Source: Octopus sinensis (Eukaryota). Taken from it: a stretch of DNA of 64,000 nucleotides. Position 1 is the stretch's first letter. Every line of letters begins with the position of its first letter. Below are positions 59,412 through 64,000 of this stretch, piece after piece. The notes below the pieces were generated by a model, which was not told the DNA's origin, made no database searches, and saw only the letters and a program-made list of their open reading frames with translations. The position numbers and the translations under genes are program-made. The stretch is taken from assembly GCF_006345805.1 (NCBI RefSeq), contig NC_043004.1, positions 86,614,001-86,678,000 on the forward strand, read 5' to 3'.

Positions 59412-60060
59412 TATATATACATACACACAAGCATATATATATACACATACATACATACATACATATTAACATATATATATATACACACACATTTATATAG
59501 ATACATACATGTATGTATATATGGTTTTAAATGCAAAGAAACATACAAGCTAGTTCTTTTTTTCCTTTACATTTACCCTACTGTAACACTTCTATAAGAA
59601 GTGTTACAGAAATATTTTAAAAGTAAGTAAAATGGTTTGGGGGGAGAGATAGATTTAGCTACTACTGAGAGGGGAATGGGAGGAATATTTGGGTAAAAAT
59701 AGGAGGTGGTGGTGTTAGGGAGGAGGTTGGTTGAGAAATAGAAATTATTCAAGATAAATGGACATTTGGAAGGTAGGAAAATGATTCCAGTTTCACTAAC
59801 AGTGGCTTCTAAGGGCCACTGGTTACAATGTTGATAAGAATGATGATGATGACGATGATGATGGTGATGATGATGATGAAGTGTACAAAGTAAGCTTACA
59901 GCCAGAATGCATCTTGCAAGAGTCTCACTTCCAATAACTGACAGATTTCAGAAGACAAAGTCAAACTCGTGTAGTTTTTGATTTGATGAGAAATTGAATG
60001 CTCATGAAATACAGGCACACAATGAAAGACAAGTACAACCAAAAGCCTGTTCCCACTTGG

Positions 60061-60139
60061 CTAATCTGAGGACAAATAGGAGGGAGGCTGACTTTTTAAG
60101 TTCTCTAATTCTTTTATCTGTTGTGCTAAAAACAAAATC
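60061..60139 (-). CDS. Last coding exon of gene 3 ([26 protein letters not shown])
   Basis: Strong tttttgttttctttcatttcag acceptor; in frame with 63380; coiled-coil-like heptads; TAG stop. Confidence 0.72.
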
Positions 60140-60707
60140 CTGAAATGAAAGAAAACAAAAACGATAAATAACACATGTCAAATTCCAAGGAACATATAAA
60201 GCTTATATTGAAATTTAAAAACTTAGCTATTAAGACATCAATGCTATCGACCTAGAATCCGAGAGAGATTTCACTACCAGTATTATGTTCTGTTTTACCA
60301 ATTCAAACTTGCTTGTTATCAAGACTAGTTTTAATGGACATGTTGGACAACACCATAATGGTTATTCTGGAGTTTTACACATAATATGACCAGTAAGTTT
60401 GGAAGTATATTTTTGCCACCATGTGTAATATCAAGAAAGATGGAATACATGCACTTATTATAATTGGACTTTTACAACATTTCTTGGTGCTTATAGAAAA
60501 CGATGAAATGTATACTAATTCTCAAAAGAAAAATATTACCTGAAAATAAAATTCAATAAAACAAGCTTCTCATTTGTATTATTTGCTATTCTACTCCATT
60601 GAAAACCTATCTTTGAAAAATTTCAGGAAGTTTTAAGAATTGAAATAGTTGGGGAGGTACCCAACTGAAGTTATGAGTCTCTCTCTCACCTATATATACT
60701 CATACAT

Positions 60708-60927
60708 ATGATATGGTGCTGAAAAGTTCCTGACTTTGGGTAAAAGAAAATACAGGAGGATTGTTTAATTATGATTTTATTGAACATGTACCTTTCTCAG
60801 ATTCACACACTTATTGCACTTGTCCTTCAGTTTTTTTAAGCCTTGTAAAAGGGGCTTGAAAGGTTGGGCCTCCAACTAGGTTTTTCACAATACCCTTAAA
60901 GCCAGGAATTCTTTAGCACCCCCTTAT
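60708..60927. mobile_element. Tc1/mariner-type MITE
   Basis: TIRs ggtgctgaaaagttcctgacttt / aaagccaggaattctttagcacc, TA flanks. Confidence 0.6.
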
Positions 60928-61939
60928 ACATACATACACACACACTTTGCAAATTGACAACTCATTTCTAAATGTAAAGAAAAATATTTGAAAGTTTAGG
61001 AAAGGGTAATTTGAAACGAATTGCCAATTTGCAACAAATTTTACATGTATCTTTCTTATTTATAACAAATGTCTTATTTTCTACAATGCTACATTACACA
61101 ATGCTGTTGAGAAATGGAAACAGAAACCTATAATGAGGTTTAACAACCAACATTTAAGCATTTACATAGTCATTTCACTTACTCAGGAAATACGGTCTAT
61201 TTTTGTACATTTGTGTCTTCATTGTTTCTTTTTCAATCCTTTAGTTATATGTTCTCAAAGCTAAAAAACATCACTGTATATTTTCTAAAACAACCATCAA
61301 TGTCTCATGTGTGTGTGAGAGAGAGAGATAGGGGGGAGAGAGAGAGAAAGAGGGGAGAGAAAGAGAGAATTCCAATATAAAATGAACACGGGATGATTTT
61401 GTTTTCAATTTCTTTTTACTTTCTAAATATAAACTATGAAGTTAAAATGTATTTCCCAATAAGGTGTATACCAAATTATGTACATTAAATGCACAGTACA
61501 TTTGCCTCCTCTTATACCTAATTATTCTTCAACACATTTGCACTTTGTTGCACAAACACACTGATGTTGTACATTGGTGCATGTGAGCTTCATTTCTTCA
61601 TATGACACCCCCACCGCATTCAAGGCTCATGTAACAAAGCTGTTTGTACACTAGCATCAAACAATCTGCCTTTCGGAGAGACAGAGAAAGAGAGAGCCAC
61701 AGACTATTTGTTCCTGATAGTAGTAGTAGCTCTCTAAACTTTCTATCCTATTCTTATTCTAGCAACTAAACTTCTATAACATCCTCCTCTACTGCTAATT
61801 AGGTCGCCTAGGTAACCAAAACTAGAACCCCCAGAGAATCACCTGGACATTTGAGCATATAATTCCTGTGTGTTCTTAGTGATTATTGTACCTACAAATC
61901 AGCCCCATACAAAGACTACTTTCTCTTAACCTTCCTGTA

Positions 61940-62135
61940 ACTGCAATGGTTTGGTCATGTGATATGGATGAGGTATAAAGAAATGCCATTTACTTAAAGT
62001 AGATAGAACTTGTGGAAGAGGGTGACCCAGGAAGATGTGGATGAAGTGTTGAGAGCTGATCTCAAGAAGATGAAAAAAAGACCTGGATGTCTGAAATTTT
62101 GAAGTTCTTCAGAAGACCCACCCACCTCAGCAAAA
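61940..62135 (+). mobile_element. RTE LINE C-terminal fragment
   Basis: LQWFGHV...RG*PRKMWDEVLRADLKK. Confidence 0.65.
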
Positions 62136-62329
62136 CTGAGTCCTGGAAGCACTGTGTACACTGTGCTCTCCACTCATGTTACATTGATTCACCCTGCCAC
62201 CAATGAACCAAACAACCTCTCACTATGCTCCTACAGCCAACATCACCTTGTCATCTCTCGCCACCCTCCTGTCAACTGTATCATTACTATCCTACAAACT
62301 CCCACCTGCTTCCCTCTCTCCTTCCCCGA

Positions 62330-62880
62330 CTCATGGAAGAAAAAGAAAGCAAAGAACAATATAAGATAAATATCAAGAGGTTTTCTAATGTTGTGTGCAG
62401 CATGAAGGCCAGGAGTCTGAAGTTTGCAACGGAATCAGAATGTCATTGGTGAAAAGTGTGTACATAATAACAGTGTGCTTGTCTTCAGTGATGCTAAGAA
62501 GGAGGCAAAAAGCTTGGGTGAGAGAGATTACACCAAGAAGATTCAACAAAAGGAGCAGCCTTTGAAAATAATCACTATATGGTTGGAATAGTTATTAAGG
62601 ATATGAAAACAGAGAAAGCAGCAAGACCATCAATAATAGTCAATGAGACACTAAAAATATCCAGTGAAGTAAGAAATGCACTAGTCACTCAGAGTTAAAC
62701 ATAGTAGAGAAAGTGATCAGATCCAATGATTGTTGTAGCAATGTGATTATCAACTATAAGGACACTTGCCAGAAAGAATGTGAGATGAAAAGAAGTTTAG
62801 GTTTATGCAAAGACTAATACTCTCTCTCTCTCTATGGGAAAGCTTTTCAGTAGAGGGCAAGCTATAAAGAATATCTTGGA
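62330..62880 (+). mobile_element. Decayed RTE LINE internal ORF fragment
   Basis: IKDMKTEKAARPSIIVNETLKISSEV resembles the RTE 'MK.GKA.GPS.I..EMLK' pre-RT motif. Confidence 0.55.
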
Positions 62881-63379
62881 TAGACTTTCATGCTTTTTAT
62901 TTTCTTATGGTTGCTAAGAAAACTAGGTTTAGCTAAATGAATGGATTGTTGCAGCTGTACATCCCATGTACAGAGATGCTCTTAGCAAAGAAAGAGCTGA
63001 CAAGTTTAGCGAGGAATTTAATACACAAATAGATAACCAACTTACGAATCATTAAAATTTTAAGGTATTTTGCAAATTTTAGCGTTGTAAAGAATATAGC
63101 TTGCAAATGATGTAAATAGGTAAAGTGTTAAATGTACAAGCACAAACTTCCTTTCCATAAAATATCAAGACAGGTAATCATTAATATATAAGAGTTCATT
63201 TTAACAACCAAATATATCACCCAACAATTCATGCTCTTAAAATGCATTTAAAGAAAAAAAAAATTTTTTAAAGATACAATTTAGAAACACTGAGAAGTAT
63301 TTCTAAATATTTCCCATATTTCAAGGTTAGTGAATCAGTTATGCAGCAAAAGATATTAGTTAAATTATAAACAATTTAC

Positions 63380-63507
63380 CTTTGTTCATGTAGAGTGGAC
63401 TGTATTTCAGCTATCCTAACTAATGATCTAGCTCGTTTTAATTCAACTGACACTTGGCTACATTCCAGGCTGCCAACCGTTAGACCTTCTTCCCAATAGC
63501 GTTTGGC
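63380..63507 (-). CDS. Penultimate coding exon of unidentified gene 3 ([42 protein letters not shown])
   Basis: attttgttgcag acceptor, AAG|gtaaat donor, open frame joining the next exon in phase 2. Confidence 0.72.
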
Positions 63508-63795
63508 CTGCAACAAAATATGATCATTATTAAATGGTCTTACTTGTTCATGCATACACACAGCAAATATAAAACTATCTATACAATATATTAGCAACTT
63601 AAATTGAAGCCATTTCTTTCTTTGTGAGTCAAGCACTAGACCACTTTGTTACTCTAAATTATTGATAGACATTTTACTGCAATTATTACAAGACATCTTA
63701 TCACAATTTCCATTTATTCTAGTCACTACAACAATGGATAAAGGATATGTACAGTTGAAGTATCAAAAAAAGAAGTAAAATCAATGCAGATTTAA

Positions 63796-63969
63796 CCTCT
63801 TAGCATTTAAACTAGCCATATCTGGCCTCTCGCACCCACCCTACCATGCCGTTCTAAAAGTAAGCAAGCCTATCATTAAAATCTCAAAGCTTTGAAATAA
63901 AGCATCATTAATTTAAAACAATGATTAAATAAGCATTATGTTTGACAGAGTAATCTGAATGCTAAAGGG
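63796..63969. mobile_element. piggyBac-type MITE, second family
   Basis: TTAA-CCTCTTAGCATT...AATGCTAAAGGG-TCAA. Confidence 0.65.
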
Positions 63970-64000
63970 TCAACTAACATGATATTTAAGCAGCAATCAG

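Noticed and set aside
59890-59899. GTAAGC donor 160 nt after gene 3's stop (possible 3'UTR intron)
   Set aside because: Part of the palindrome GTAAGCTTAC; no convincing partner acceptor identified

Overview
AT-rich, microsatellite- and SINE-dense animal DNA whose repeat families look like Octopus (coleoid cephalopod); this is inferred, with no database check. Three genes can be reconstructed by hand from splice sites and frame continuity. (1) A + strand GEMIN4 orthologue (~721-24272): 16 coding exons, all GT-AG with consistent phases, ~1094 aa, colinear with remembered human GEMIN4 motifs. (2) A convergent - strand orphan gene encoding a ~218-aa Ser/Pro/Lys-rich tail-anchored membrane protein (CDS 35223-32495), probably with a long spliced leader starting near a CpG-rich patch at ~48.6-49.0 kb. 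(3) The last two coding exons of an unidentified - strand gene ending in a coiled coil (63507-60061). Repeats include three to four modular tRNA-type SINE families, RTE and CR1-type LINE fragments, piggyBac- and mariner-type MITEs and a composite Helitron. The most striking feature is in GEMIN4 intron 7: a very young Penelope-like element with 629-bp, ~99.7%-identical inverted arms. Each arm carries an apparently intact type I hammerhead ribozyme, so the pre-mRNA contains both a sense ribozyme and its upstream antisense copy. Several more decayed hammerhead motifs lie elsewhere in the window. Most ORF-track entries are spurious readings of repeats. Exon coordinates are hand-counted; repeat boundaries are approximate.
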